From Lytechinus pictus (taxonomy: Eukaryota): a stretch of DNA of 64,000 nucleotides. This document shows, in pieces, positions 24,671-37,870 of the stretch. The notes under the pieces are model-generated. The model was not told the origin of the DNA and searched no databases. It was given only the letters and a program-made list of their open reading frames with translations. Position numbers and translations under genes: made by a program. Location of the stretch: contig NC_087250.1 of assembly GCF_037042905.1 (NCBI RefSeq), positions 4,404,001-4,468,000 on the forward strand, given 5' to 3'. How positions within the stretch are numbered: position 1 is the stretch's first letter; every line of letters starts with the position of its first letter.

Positions 24671-25903
24671 ATTAGAAAGTCAGGTAAACCTTCATACCAC
24701 CAGGGTTTTTATTGTTCTGTACATAACTAACAATATTAATAATTTCGTTGTTACACATTGATTACCCCCCCAAAAAAAGAAATATTCGATCATCCAGACC
24801 AGATTTCCAGCATGTGCAGGTATCCCACTAGTTGATCACAATATACCACTTCGTTATTCCGTTCTGCGCATGACCAGAAGAAATGAGATACAAGCACTAA
24901 CTTTGATGTCTTGATTATTCGTATATTAGTTCATTAGATCAACAAAAAACAACAATATACGTCCACTATATAGCGACTGGAATTTTCACAGTTGGCCAAG
25001 TACATTTTCATAACAACATGTTATTGCATTCAAAGTAGAAATGCAACAAATACCTTCATGGAGTATTCATTGTGTGTTATTCTAGTCACCTAGTCTATTA
25101 AATTTCTTCATTCTGCTATGTAAGGCATTCTTATATAATAGACCAGTTATAGTAGAGCGGATTAGCTCCAAAAATCACAACAATTGTGCAAATTTTGACT
25201 AAAGCATAAAACTTTCACAAGTATTAGTATATGCCATAAGATTTATTTTAAAGATGGGAGGTAAATTTATAAATGCCATTTTCGGCCGTTGCCATGGCAA
25301 CGGATTAATTTCTCCAAAATAACATACATTCCCATATAAATGGTAAATAAACATGATATAGATGACCAAAATGATAATTTTCAGGCTCCCGATTGAAAAC
25401 ATACGAAATTTAAAAATATTCAAGATCATCAAGATAGTTCCAATTGGTCCGTTGCCATGGTAACGGCTTGTTTTTCCCCAGAAAAATAAAAATTTTGATT
25501 AAAAAAAGTTGTAGATTATGATATATCTTTAATTTCCCCTAATTTTACAGTGCTTAACAAAGATATTTTGGTTGCTAAATGTGTAAATTACATTTCAAGC
25601 CATTGCCATGGCAACCAAATAACATCTAATATTGGCGTGGTATATCCTTACAAATTTACCAAAGACTCGCCTTAACTCCTTGATTGCCTGTGGTGATCTC
25701 CTGCTGGAGGTGGTGTACCAACCTCAACCTCTTGGTTATTTGCATGAATAATTTATTTAACAATAAATATTCAAATAAGATAATTTGTATACAAAAAGAA
25801 GTACATGAATATAAAAGGCTTTCAAATGAATATAAATGAGCCTCTATATATGAATAAGCATTACTTTAATACGTGTACTAATGGTTAAACCATTTTGACA
25901 TCA

Positions 25904-26060
25904 GGGGCCCGTTGCATAAAACTTTTTACCTGAGAAAACTCAGGTTGTTTTTACCGGAGTTTTTGCCCTTTGTTAAAGTCAATGGCAGAAATCAGACTAA
26001 CCTTAGTTTTCAGTTTTTACCTGAGTTTTCTCAGGTAAAAAGTGTTATGCAACAGGCCCC
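25904..26060. mobile_element. Harbinger-like MITE
   Basis: ggggcccgttgcataaaact ... agtgttatgcaacaggcccc. Confidence 0.75.
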
Positions 26061-26529
26061 AGGTGTAGAGAGAGACTGCCCTGATAAAGGTTGGTCAGAT
26101 GACCAACAAATACCAAACACCTCTGATGAGCGCAGACAAATACATTGTGTTCAAAGATACAATATCTTGTTTGAAATCTGCCTATCATAATGAAAGAAAT
26201 AAAAGGTCATGCATTTGACCAAAATTGCCCATGAAGTAACTACAAACTGGTCTATTGTACATACATTCCTTACTCAATGCTAGATATTTGTTTAGTTGCA
26301 CCATTTCGAATAGAAAAGGCAGCTCCGGTGGAGCGACTCGTTATTTAGAAACTACAGTATATTGAATTGTTTTGTCTCCTATAGATGCCGATTTTTTAAA
26401 AAGAGGTACATGTAGATTATTGCTTTAGATGGCTCTTGACAAATACAAACATACTGAACATAATGATTCGGGGTAAATATTAACAATAACAAGCGAATTC
26501 GTAACTTTGCTTGACATGTTATGACGTCA

Positions 26530-27065
26530 TGCATGATAGGCCAACTGTAACTAATGTACAATCATTTTCATACATTTCAGAACTCCTCCGTATCAATGGT
26601 ATCACCCTCCGCGCACCCTTCGTTTACAAAATCACCTACTCCTCCGGATCCCATTAGCATGCAAGGACATTTACCTTCACTGCACCTACACTTTGGAACG
26701 CTTTACAACTGCACATCAGAACCAAGACAACAGTTGAAACATTCAAGAAAGCACTTAAATGCCACTTCTTCACCACGAAATAAACTTTTATTGAACATTT
26801 ATAATTTGTAGTTTACCTCTCATTATGTTATTGTTATGCAGGGACCTATCCACGGAGGATTGGTCTATTGTTACTGGGGGTGCTGAGCTTTGTCACAGCA
26901 CCCCCAGTAACAATAGATAATCCTCTGTGGCCAGGTCCATGTTGTTATGTTATTATAATTATCATACTTGCCTGATATATGTAAAGCGCTTTGAGATGTT
27001 TTTTTGATATATTAAGCGTTGTATTAAGCTTCACGTATCATTATTATTATTGTCATTATTATTAA
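26530..27065 (+). mobile_element. Decayed L2-like LINE 3' end
   Basis: ctttggaacgcttta..acattcaagaaagcacttaa (LWN..TFKK.L), gtaaagcgctttgag and an (ATT)n tail. Confidence 0.6.
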
Positions 27066-29552
27066 TTAAAGACCCTGCAGAGATTCGTGTGGTACTGAGT
27101 ATTATACGACCTCACGCGAATAAAGATGTCACGTTTGGAAACAATTATTACCGCGGAAGAAGATAAAATTAACTTTTTTAAACATTTATATTGTGTAGTT
27201 TACCTTTTATTATGTTTGTTATGTTATTATAATTATTATACTTTCCAGATCCTTACAATAGTTAATAATAATAATCTTGTGCGTCCTTCCGTTTGTTTGA
27301 CGGCGCTTTTCTCCGTGGTTTTCCACTCAATCGAGCTGGATTTTTTTTTTCTAAACATGGTTAAATTGCTCACAGATTGTCATGAGGGGGTTATTTGTGG
27401 TATTTTGGTCGCATTATTATTATTATTTTTTTTAATTCGTGACTTTTTTGCATTCCTTTTCGCAGCCCTGAGCACAGAATCCAAGTTCCCAGTCCCTTTT
27501 ACCTCTCTCGACCGGGTCAGCGAAATACTATGCATGCATGCCACCATGCTAACCGTCGACCGGGTTACCAGTGCTTCCACTTTTCAAAACGGAACTTCCT
27601 GGAATTTACTCTGAAAGTTCCTGGAATTTTCCGAGTGTTCTCGATCCAGTATTCCAGTAGTTATAATTCACTTCTAATTTTTATTTATACACACACAATA
27701 AAATATAGGACCCAGTGCCATAATTGGGCCAACAATTTTGAGGGCCAGGGGCGATCCATGAAATGGGCAAAAATCTGTATTGTAAATTGTAATATCCTAA
27801 AGATTTTTCCAGATTTTAACATTTGGTACAGATCCATTTAAGCAAATGACGATATAACTGTCGAAAAAAATCCGCTTGAGTGAGCACCACTTACTTTTGA
27901 AAAGGTAGTGAAAAATGATTTGTGAAGAACTTTGATATAGTTATGCGAATAAAAGTAGACCTTAATCATTAATCATGAAGAAAACGTGGTATTTAGCTGG
28001 TAAAATTGACTTGAAGATATCTTTTACCTTTTTTTAACTTCTTTCCTTGCCAAAAACACTTCGAAGAGTGCATTGCGCCCCACCCTTCTCCCCCACACAC
28101 CGAGGCCATCGTGACGATATTTGCTTTACACTGAGCTGTGATTTACATGAAATGGCTTAGGCTTGACTTTCATTTTGTTAATCATTGTCAAGCTTGGGAA
28201 AAGTGTGGAAAAACAAGTATTAAATGAAATGTAAACCCACTTTAAATGATAAAAACTTAGTTTTAAAAAATGCTGGAGATGTCTGATAGAATTTTTGGTT
28301 CAGATTCAGTTATGTCCTCAGATCCAGCTGGCACAAAAAAGGGTAAATGTTGTTTTTACTAAGTGTTGAAATTTCTATTTGGTTGGCAATTTTTTTACAA
28401 AATGCTTGAATGTATCCGTTTTATTTCAATTGACTAAAAATGCAAGGGAAATGAATGAGAAAGGGTTCGCAGGGTAAGTTTGATTTCGCCCTTTCCCCTT
28501 GACACAGTGTGAAAACAAGCATTTCTGCGCAAACAGATTTCTGCGAGCTTTACAAAAATGGGCAGTGCTCACTCAAGTGTAACATTCTATCAAAACTGTT
28601 ACTTTCATTGGATAAATGAGACCCAAACCCAAGAATATTTGTGAACAAAAATACCCACTTGTTGTATCTTTTTTATTCCCAGGGCTTTTTCAAAGTGTAT
28701 TTTTTTTTATCCGCACTGTATATTTCATATAGATAGTTTTATGTCAAAGCAGATATGAACATACTGAGTAAAAATGGTCAATCATTCAGTCCTTAACTTT
28801 GACATAACATGCCATCTCATACACAGCAAAAACTGCGGTGTTAACAGGTGTACATAGAGGACCACACCAGTTATTTTACACCGGTGTTAAATTGACAGTG
28901 TTAGTTTAGCACATATAGGTGTTATTGCAACACCTTTGGTTGCTACATGTACACTCTTTGGTGTTATATTCAATCTCTAGGGTGTAATTTTAACACCAGA
29001 GGGTGTGGTCCTCTATTAACATCCACTGGTGTCAGTTTTAACACCACAGTTTTTACAGTGTATATTCTGATCCTATTTGTACCAGTATTTTGCCTTCGTT
29101 TGACATGTTTATATTTTGTTTGACATGTATTTTACAAAACTGTGTTGGACATATATACATGTTTATTAAAAATGTAGATATGAATGTAACAGAGTAAAAA
29201 TAGTTTATCGCTTCAAGGGCCAACATCGTGTAGCTAGACATGCAAGGACCTTTTTTATGCATTATAACATGCCATCTCAAATATTATAATCTTTTCATCT
29301 GTATACTATCGTAGCATATACCTTGCCTTTAATGAACATGATTATATTTCACACATTGTGTTTTACATTTCTATTAATAAAGACATAACCTCACATACAC
29401 GTATCAATATTGTTATTTATTTGAATGAAATTAAATATTGTATTCTATAATCAGTAAAGATGCCCATATAACTTTTAAAAGACACGGTCAAGTATTCCAT
29501 AAGATATACATAGTAGTACACAGTGTACTTTCTAAGATTTTTATCAATTATT

Positions 29553-30281
29553 TCAATAATAATAATAATAATAATCGGCATTTATATAGTGCTTTATCAA
29601 TCTACGACTGCTCAAAGTGCTTCACAATTATCATTACCCGGTCACTGGATTCAGAGCATTTCAAGCAGCCTGTTAAGGCGACCGCACACCTTACGACTGG
29701 TCTGCGACCCGATTTCAGAATAAAATGTAGTAAAATTTGATGCTAATATTAAGACTTGGAATATCTTACTGTGTAATGTTCTAAATCATCGTACGAATAC
29801 CTATGATCAAATTTGTGACTATGCTATCATCCTTCTTAGAATAAAAGCGAATTTGATATCTAGTCGTAATGACGTCATAGCAGTCGATTTGAAACTAATT
29901 TGGACTTTACTCCAAAATAAGGGCTTACAATCTTTCAAAATTGTTATAATATTATTATTTCAATTAATTTTAACCTCGAATAAAATGATATGTTCCATTC
30001 ACATCTTCAAAAAATGAGCAAAATGCGATTTGTTCCAAAATCGGGTCGCAGACCAGTCGTAAGGTGTGCGGTCGCCTTTAGGCGCAGTACACTCGCTAAA
30101 CCATTGTAAACCAGCCACAATAACGGTTGTTTCCTACCGGTACCCAATTAGCACCTGGGTGAGAGTGGCAAAGTGTGGATGATTGACGCCTTGCCAAAGG
30201 ACGCTAGGCCATGGTGGGATTCGAACACACGACCCTCTGATTACAAGGCGAGAGTCAGAACCGCTACACCACGGCGCTTCC
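29553..30281 (-). mobile_element. Family-A SINE interrupted by a Harbinger-like MITE (29676-30077, TSD TTA)
   Basis: B-box gggattcgaac at ~30216 and an (AAT)n tail at 29553. MITE TIR aggcgaccgcacaccttacgactggtctgcgacccgatt, with an inverted second copy at 50714-51126. Confidence 0.85.
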
Positions 30282-30419
30282 ACAATGCATAACTATTTGA
30301 TCAATGCATAACTATTTGATCCACCAAAACAAGCTATCTCAAACCTTAAAAAAAACATTTAAAAAGCCCATGGAAGCCATACAAATCTTATCTTTTTGCC
30401 ACAATTAACATCTAAAACA

Positions 30420-30700
30420 TTTCCTCTCTCTCTCCCTCGCTCTTGTGTATTCTTTATAATTTCTATATCTCTCTCTCTTCATCTCTCTCTGATTTTCCCT
30501 CTGTCTCTCTCATTTTTCCCACTCTGTCTCTCTCATTCATTTTCCCCACTGTCTGTCTCTCTCTCTCTAATTTATTTTTACCCTCTGTCTCTCATTTTTC
30601 CCATTGTCTGTCTCTGATTTTCCTCACTGTCTGTCTGACTCATTTTTCCCACCACTGTTTTTGTCTCACTCATTTTATCACCCCCCCCCCCTTTCTCTCA
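30420..30700. repeat. CT-rich minisatellite / low complexity
   Basis: Repeated tctctcatttttccca(c/t)tgtctg units. Confidence 0.8.
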
Positions 30701-30800
30701 CTTCTTTTCGACATCCCGCTGTAAATGGTTGGGCATCCTTTAATTTAACCCTAAAATGGCCGGGGGGTTGAATCAACCCCATCAACCCCCCCCCCCCCCC

Positions 30801-33800
30801 TGTTACACCCACAAATGTAATAATCGCCCACAAATGTAATAACGCCCACAAATGTAATAACACTTTACCCACAAATGTAATAACGCCCACAAATGTAATA
30901 ACACTTTACCCACAAATGTAATAATTTCACCCACAAATGTAATAATGCACTTTACCCACAAATGTAATAATTTTTGATCGCCCACAAATGTAATAATGAC
31001 TTTACCCACAAATGTAATAAATTTGAAGGGATTTTTGACGAACCTGTTCTAAACTAAAATCCTATAGTAATGCGTTCATATAGCACAAAAGTGCAAAGTC
31101 TTTTTTCCAGACCCGGTTAATAAAACATTATAGTACAATTCCAAAGTCTTTTTCCAGACCCGGTTGTTTCAAAATTATAATAGAAGTCCAAAGTCTTTTT
31201 TCCAGACCCAGTTGTTTAAAGAAATATAATATACGTCCAAAGTCTTTTTTCCAGACCCAGTTGTTTAAAGAAATATAATATACGTCCAAAGTCTTTTTTC
31301 CAGACCCAGTTAATTCAAAAATTATAATATACGTCCAAAGTCTTTTTTCCAGACCCAGTTAATTAAAAAAATATAATATACGTCCAAAGTCTTTTTTTTC
31401 AGACCCGGTCGTTTCAACCATTATAACAGAAGTCCAAAGTCTTTTTTCCAGACCCAGTTAATTAAAAAATTATAATATACGTCCAAAGTCTTTTTTCCAG
31501 ACCCAGTTAATTAAAAAAATATAATATACGTTCAAAGTCTTTTTTCCAGACCCGGTTAATTAAAAAATTATAATGTACGTCCAAAGTCTTTTTTTTCAGA
31601 CCCGGTCGTTTCAAACATTATAATGGAAGTCCAAAGTCTTTTTTCCAGACCCAGTTGTTTCAAGAAATATAATATATGAACAAAGTCTTTTTTTCAGAAC
31701 CGGATAATTAAAAAATTATAATGCAAGTCCAAAGTCTTTTTTCCAGACCCAGTTGTTAAAAAAATTATAATATACGTCCAAAGTCTTTTTTTCAGACCCG
31801 GAAAATTAAAAAATTATAATGCAAGTCCAAAGTCTTTTTTCCAGACCCGGTTGTTAAAAAAATTATAATATACGTCCAAAGTCTTTTTTTCAGACCCGGA
31901 TAATTAAAAGATTATAATGCAAGTCCAAAGTCTTTTTTCCAGACCCGGTTGTTTCAAAATTATTATAAGTCCAAACTAAGATACGATAATGATATTCTAG
32001 TGGAATAAAATGAGAATCGAGCTTAGTCTTTTCTCCAGACCCAGTTAATTAAAACTGGTGGAAAAGTAACAAAGACCCGAACTCTCTTGTAAATATTAAA
32101 TAACATGGAAATATAGCATAATCTTTCATCCAGACCCAAATCTTTCAAATAACAAATGAATAATAATAATAATAAATTAGTAATAATTAAAAAAAAGCAA
32201 ACAAGGACTCACGATCCTATTTAGTTTGAATAACATGGAAATATAGCGTAGTCTTTCCTCCAGACCCAGATCATTCAAATAAGAAATGATGAATAATAAT
32301 AATAAATTAGTATTAATTAGAAAAAGCAAACAAAGACCCACGATCCTCTTTATGATGAAAAACATGGAAATATAGCGTAGTCTTTCCTCCAGACCGAGTT
32401 ATAAAAGTCATTTAAAACACAACAACAACAAAAAAGACCCTGCAATCTTATCAACATTGAATAAAATGGAAATATGATGTAGTCTTTCCTCCAGACCCAA
32501 TTATTTCAAAATAACCAAAATCATGAAAAAAGAATAACAGAATCTAAGGCCCAACTATCCTTCAAACTAAGAACCTTCAATAAATAAAAGTTTAGAGAGT
32601 TTTCTTTATTCCAGACCATGTCATTTCAAAAATAAGATAAATGAAATCCTCATAACTAAAGACTCAATCATGTTCTTGTGCCTGTTCAACATGAATAAGA
32701 TGATTGGGGGAGTATTTCATCAACATTTATATCCGACAAGTTGTCAGATTTGACAATTGCTCTTGATGTTGATTGGCTAAGAAGCAGTGCTACCAGTGTC
32801 GGATAAAACGTCAGACAACTCCTTTCATGAAATGCTCCCCGGGCTCTAAGTTTTGATGTTGTTTTTTATGATTAATTTCTTTGCCTGGAAGAAAAAAATG
32901 AATGTTTAATAACATCATTTATTACATGATGTTAGGCTGGAAGAGGGTTACATTTTTTTGTTCATTTTTTTTTTTTTTAAATAAACTGGTCTGGTCAAAT
33001 TAAGTATGCGTTATCACAAGGGTTTTATAGTTTGGAAGATGGTGGGGTCTAAGTTTTAAGATTAATGTTTACCTTAATTTGTATTTTAAAGAGAACTGGG
33101 TGAGGGGTAAAGACAACACTCTAAGCCCAAACATTTTAAGTGGGTTTAATTTTGAAGATTGGTCTTAGCTGTGATTTTTTTTAAATATTTGTTTATCTTT
33201 TAAATAACCGGGTAAAGCATAATACTCCTGTTATACCACAAGAATAAGAATATGACAAAGTCTTTTGTTTTTAAGATTGTTTAAATCATTTTTAAACTAC
33301 TGGGTCTGGAATAAAGACAACGCTCTAAACATGTGCTTTTCTACATGCATGGTCTTAATTTGGAGGATTAATGGTTCTAAGATTCGTTTTGGGTGGTTGG
33401 GTTTTATTGATTTTTTTATTCTTGAAATAATTGCGTCTGGAGGAAAGTCGATCTTCGACAATCGGTCTTCATGTTATTCCACAGTAATTAGATTATTGGG
33501 TATTCGTTTTAGAATATTTGTAAAAACTAATTTATTTTTTTTCAAATAATAACCGAGTCTGGAGAGAGGATGTTTGCTTTACCCATGCATTTTTACAATG
33601 TTTTGTAGGGGTCGTAGTATTATTAAAAAAACTGGGTGTGGGGTAAAGACATATTTTTTACTGGGTGAAACTTTGGAAAATTGGTCTTAGATTTGAAGTT
33701 TTTTAATTCATTTTTTAATACCCGGGTCTGGAGGAAAGACTTTGGACTTATATTGTAATTGTTTAATTATCCGGGTCTGGAAAAAAGACTTTGCACTTTT

Positions 33801-35149
33801 GTGCTATATGAACGCATTCCTATAGGGTTTAGTTTTTAGTTTTAAGTAAGCGGGTCTGGAGAAAATACTACGCTTGATTCTCTTAGCGCATATATTCATA
33901 ATATACGCCGTATAAGTTGAAACAACAACAAAGACATTAATTCCACTAGTTTTAATTTACTGGGTCTGGAGAAAAGACTAAGCTCGATTCTCATTTCTCA
34001 CTGGAATATCATTATCGTATCTTAGTATGGACTTATATTATATCTTTTTTAATAAACGGGTCTGGAAAAAGACTTTGGACTTATATGAAAATTTTTTAAA
34101 CAACCGGGTCTGAAAAAAAGACTTTGGACTTGCATTATAATTTTTGAATTAACCGGGTCTGAAAAAAAGACTTTGGACTTATATTATAATTTTTTAAGCA
34201 ACCGGGTCTGGAAAAAAGACTTTGGACTTATATTATAATTGTTTAATTAACCGGTTCTGAAAAAAAGACTTTGGACTTATATTATAATTTTTTAAGCAAC
34301 CGGGTCTGGAAAAAAGACTTTGGACTTATATTATAATTTTTGAAACAACCGGGTCTGGAAACAAGACTTTGGACTTGCATTATAATTTTTGAATTAACCG
34401 GGTCTGAAAAAAAGACTTTGGACGTATATTATAATTTTGAAACAACCGGGTCTGAAAAAAAGAGTTTGGACTTATATTATAATTTATGAAACAACCGGGT
34501 CTGGAAACAATACTTTGGACATATATTATAATTTTTGAAACAACCGGGTCTGGAAACAAGACTTTGGATTCATATTACAATTTTATAAACAACCGGGTCT
34601 GGAAAAAAGACTTTGGACGTATATTATAATTTTTGAAACAACCGGGTCTGGAAAAAAGACTTTGGACTTATATTATAATTTTTGAAACAACCGGGTCTGA
34701 AAAAAAGACTTTGGACTTGCATTATAATTTTTGAATTAACCGGGTCTGGAAAAAGACTTTGGACGTATATTATAATTTTGAAACAACCGGGTCTGGAAAA
34801 AGACTTTGGACTTGTACTATAATGTTTAATTAACCGGGTTTGGAAAAAAAGTCTTTGCACTTTTGTGCTATATGAACGCATTACTATAGGATTTTAGTTT
34901 AGAACGGATTCGCCAAAAATCCCTTCAAATTTATTACATTTGTGGGTAAAGTCATTATTACATTTGTGGGCGATCAAAAATTATTACATTTGTGGGTAAA
35001 GTGCATTATTACATTTGTGGGTGAAATTATTACATTTGTGGGTAAAGTGTTATTACATTTGTGGGCGTTATTACATTTGTGGGTAAAGTGTTATTACATT
35101 TGTGGGCGTTATTACATTTGTGGGCGTTATTACATTTGTGGGTGCAACA
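30801..35149. mobile_element. 4.35 kb modular foldback element with TGT...ACA termini
   Basis: tgttacaccc / gggtgcaaca ends inside a poly-C tract. Outer cccacaaatgtaataa arrays and inner ~49-bp ccaaagtcttttttccagaccc arrays are mirrored on both sides. Confidence 0.9.
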
Positions 35150-35695
35150 CCCCCCCCCCCCCGGCCCCCCTCAACATTTTCTGACCGCGCCACTCGCAGA
35201 GAGTTTATACTTTCAAGTCTCGCGCATCTTACGCAACATTTTGTAAGTGCATGTCAGACCAAAAATTGTTCCAAAACATGATTTTGTGTACAAAGTCAAT
35301 GCAAATTGAGTTTTCTCATCTTATTCATAAAGATATGATTATTTTTACTTTAAACAGCTGAAAGCAATTGATTTTAGCATAATTATGCTTCAAAAAGGTT
35401 GTGCAAAAAATCTGGTGAAAAAAACAAAGAAAAACAAAAGGTTGAAAAACAATGAAATACATAAGAAATTCATAAAACAATAAAATACATAAGAAATTGA
35501 TTTCCAAACCGAAGTTTTGTTCAATTGCAATAGTTAAGAATGCTACAAAGAATATTTTTACCAAAAATTAGCATTCTAGGAGCTTTATTTAGTGAATTGG
35601 AGCAAAAATTATGATTTATGCATAAAATAGCATAATTCAAATAAAATAAAATCTCATTATTTTGGAAAATTTTACCATACAGCCTTGTAGATTAC

Positions 35696-36146
35696 TACCG
35701 TGTTTACACTTAATCGGCATTTGAATCGGCTCGCGGTTCTGAACCGCGAGCCGATTCAGCATCGGCTTTTTCATAGCGTGTAAACGCGAGCAACTTGAAT
35801 CGGCTCGCGGTTCAGAACCGGCAATTTGCACCACCAAAGTAGTAGGTTCTGAACCGCGAGCCGATGCAGAATCGGCTTTTTTACTACGTGTAAACAGAAA
35901 GCCGATTCTGCACCGGCAATTTGTGCGCATTTCAATTACTTTACCATTGTGACGTAATTGTAAGCGCACTGATCCAGCGTTGTCTTTATTATGACGTATA
36001 TTGTAGATATGCGTATAATTTCAGGTTTTTGCATCGGCTCGCGGTTCTGAACCGCGAGCTGTAACAACGTGTAAACGCAATCCAAATGCCGATTCTGCAT
36101 CGGCATTTGGTTCAGAACCAATTGCCGATTAAGTGTAAACACGGTA
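35696..36146. mobile_element. Palindromic MITE (TA or TAC TSD)
   Basis: taccgtgtttacacttaatcggca ... tgccgattaagtgtaaacacggta, with internal cggctcgcggttctgaaccgcgagccg hairpins. Confidence 0.85.
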
Positions 36147-37597
36147 TACATCGCACACTACCAGCGTGCAAATTTTTGCGGCGCTCGCGCGATCGGCGGC
36201 CGAGATCTCAGGGGGTGGTTGAATCAACCCCCCCCCCCCCCCCCCCGGCCACAGAACAGCCAAAAAAGCCCGGCCTAGTTAGGGTTAAAAGTACAAACAA
36301 CCGCAGTCTAATGTACATTTAAGGGTACATGTGCAATGTACTTTTATAATAATTTCTGACCCAATACATGTAATGATAACTTTTCTATATCAGAATAATT
36401 GCCTGACTGCTTAATAACTTAATACACCGTGTTCTAATAGATTTTTTCATTTTATAGTTAGATTTGGATTTCACTCTGTAATGATCATTGAAGTTTTTCC
36501 TCCAGTTCAACAAGAGATGCTTAACTTAACTGAACCTCCTATCTATATTAAAAGAGAAGTCTGCTATAAATAAGTTGTTTCAATATATTTCATCAATAAA
36601 CTGCTTGTTCTTTTTCCTCTATACCTCTCTTCTTTCTTTCTTTTTCTTTCTTTCTTTATTTCTTTCTTCTTTCTTTCTTTCTTTCTTCCTTTCTTCCTTC
36701 TTCTTTTCTTCCTTCCTCCTTCTTTTCTTCCTTCCATTCTTTTTTAGGGGGGACCGTCCCCTCCTCCCAAAATTTAGGGGGGGGCGTGTCCCCCTGTCCC
36801 CCCGCTTCCGCCGCCTACGGGCTCCTTTATGGATCTGCCACTGGTTCATGAGATGTTTTGTGAGTGGAAAAAGTATGAATCTTTTTTTTTTTATCACAAA
36901 AAAGGCGAAACATTTAGGGCCCTGAGATTGATTTTTAAATAGAGGGTGCCAGGGGTTCAGGAATAAAACAGTGACAAGCATGAAAAAAAAAAAGTAAAAT
37001 AGGTTATTGATCCCAAAGCAGGATCGAGATTTCGGTCAAAATTAGACATTTTATCTTACCAACCTGATTTGACAGGGTGCATAAAGCCTAGCTGTGCTAA
37101 CATATTCTGCTGGGCAAACCCTTCACTCGAGTAAAGGGTCGGAATAGCAGCCTACTCATGCCTTGTGTACTGAAGGCCCTTGAAACAGCAAGTTTTGTAT
37201 GTGCTAGTCTTTGCGTGGCGACACACATGTTGATCAAAGTTTCAATCAGGGTCTGTGCCAGCAGACTAGTGCTAATATACACCAGCACCCCAAGAACAAA
37301 AACATATCGGCAGTACAGTGCCTCATCGGCACCCGAGGGCCCCAGCGGCTACCTCCCAGGGCCATCAAAGGACAAGTCCACCCCAATAAAACGTTTGATT
37401 TGAATTCAAATAGAAATATCAAACGAGCATAACATTGAAACTGTCAAAAAATCGGATGTAAAAGAAAGTTATGGCATTCTTGAATTTCGCTTAATTTTAC
37501 AAAACAATTAAATATGCGCATCCTGGCCGTTAGGCAAATGAGGGGACTAATGACATCACTCATTATATATAATATATACACATTTTAATATTACAAT

Positions 37598-37870
37598 AAA
37601 GCGTTGAGGCCCAGTTGATTAGTCTTCGGACTTTAAAACAGAGGGTCGTGGGTTCGAATCCCAGCCATGGCGTAATTTCCTTCGGCAAGAAACTGATCCA
37701 CAATGTGCTGCACTCAACCCAGGTGAGGTAAATGGGTACCGGTAGGAAGTAATTCCTTAAAAAGCTGTGTGCGCTATGAATGCCTAGCTTAGCCGGGTAA
37801 TATAGGAGCGCCTTGAGCACCTAACAAGGTGGATATGTGCGCAATATAAATACCCTATATTATTATTATA
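37598..37870 (+). mobile_element. Full-length family-A tRNA-derived SINE (other copies at ~54050-54401 minus and 3' fragment ~41940-42030)
   Basis: A-box-like ggcccagttgattag, B-box gggttcgaatccc, core ctgcactcaacccaggtgaggtaaatgggtaccgg and a (TAT)n tail. Confidence 0.88.

Larger units (their letters stand above)
30749..36284. mobile_element. piggyBac-like MITE expanded by two nested insertions
   Basis: TTAA|ccctaaaatggccggg ... cccggcctagttaggg|TTAA, with subterminal palindrome ggttgaatcaacc at both ends. Confidence 0.85.

Noticed and set aside
26120..26181. Possible extra minus-strand exon (ADFKQDIVSLNTMYLSALIR)
   Set aside because: Weak donor, length not a multiple of three, and not needed for the SLC16 frame.
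31096..34850. Repeat-spacer-like ~49 bp array resembling CRISPR
   Set aside because: The 'spacers' are variants of each other, and the arrays are the inverted arms of one element.
36575..36981. Phe/Ser-rich and Lys/Arg/Glu-rich ORFs (also 23665-24118, 30396-30724, 30678-31009, 34942-35246)
   Set aside because: These are translations of microsatellite, homopolymer or tandem-repeat sequence.
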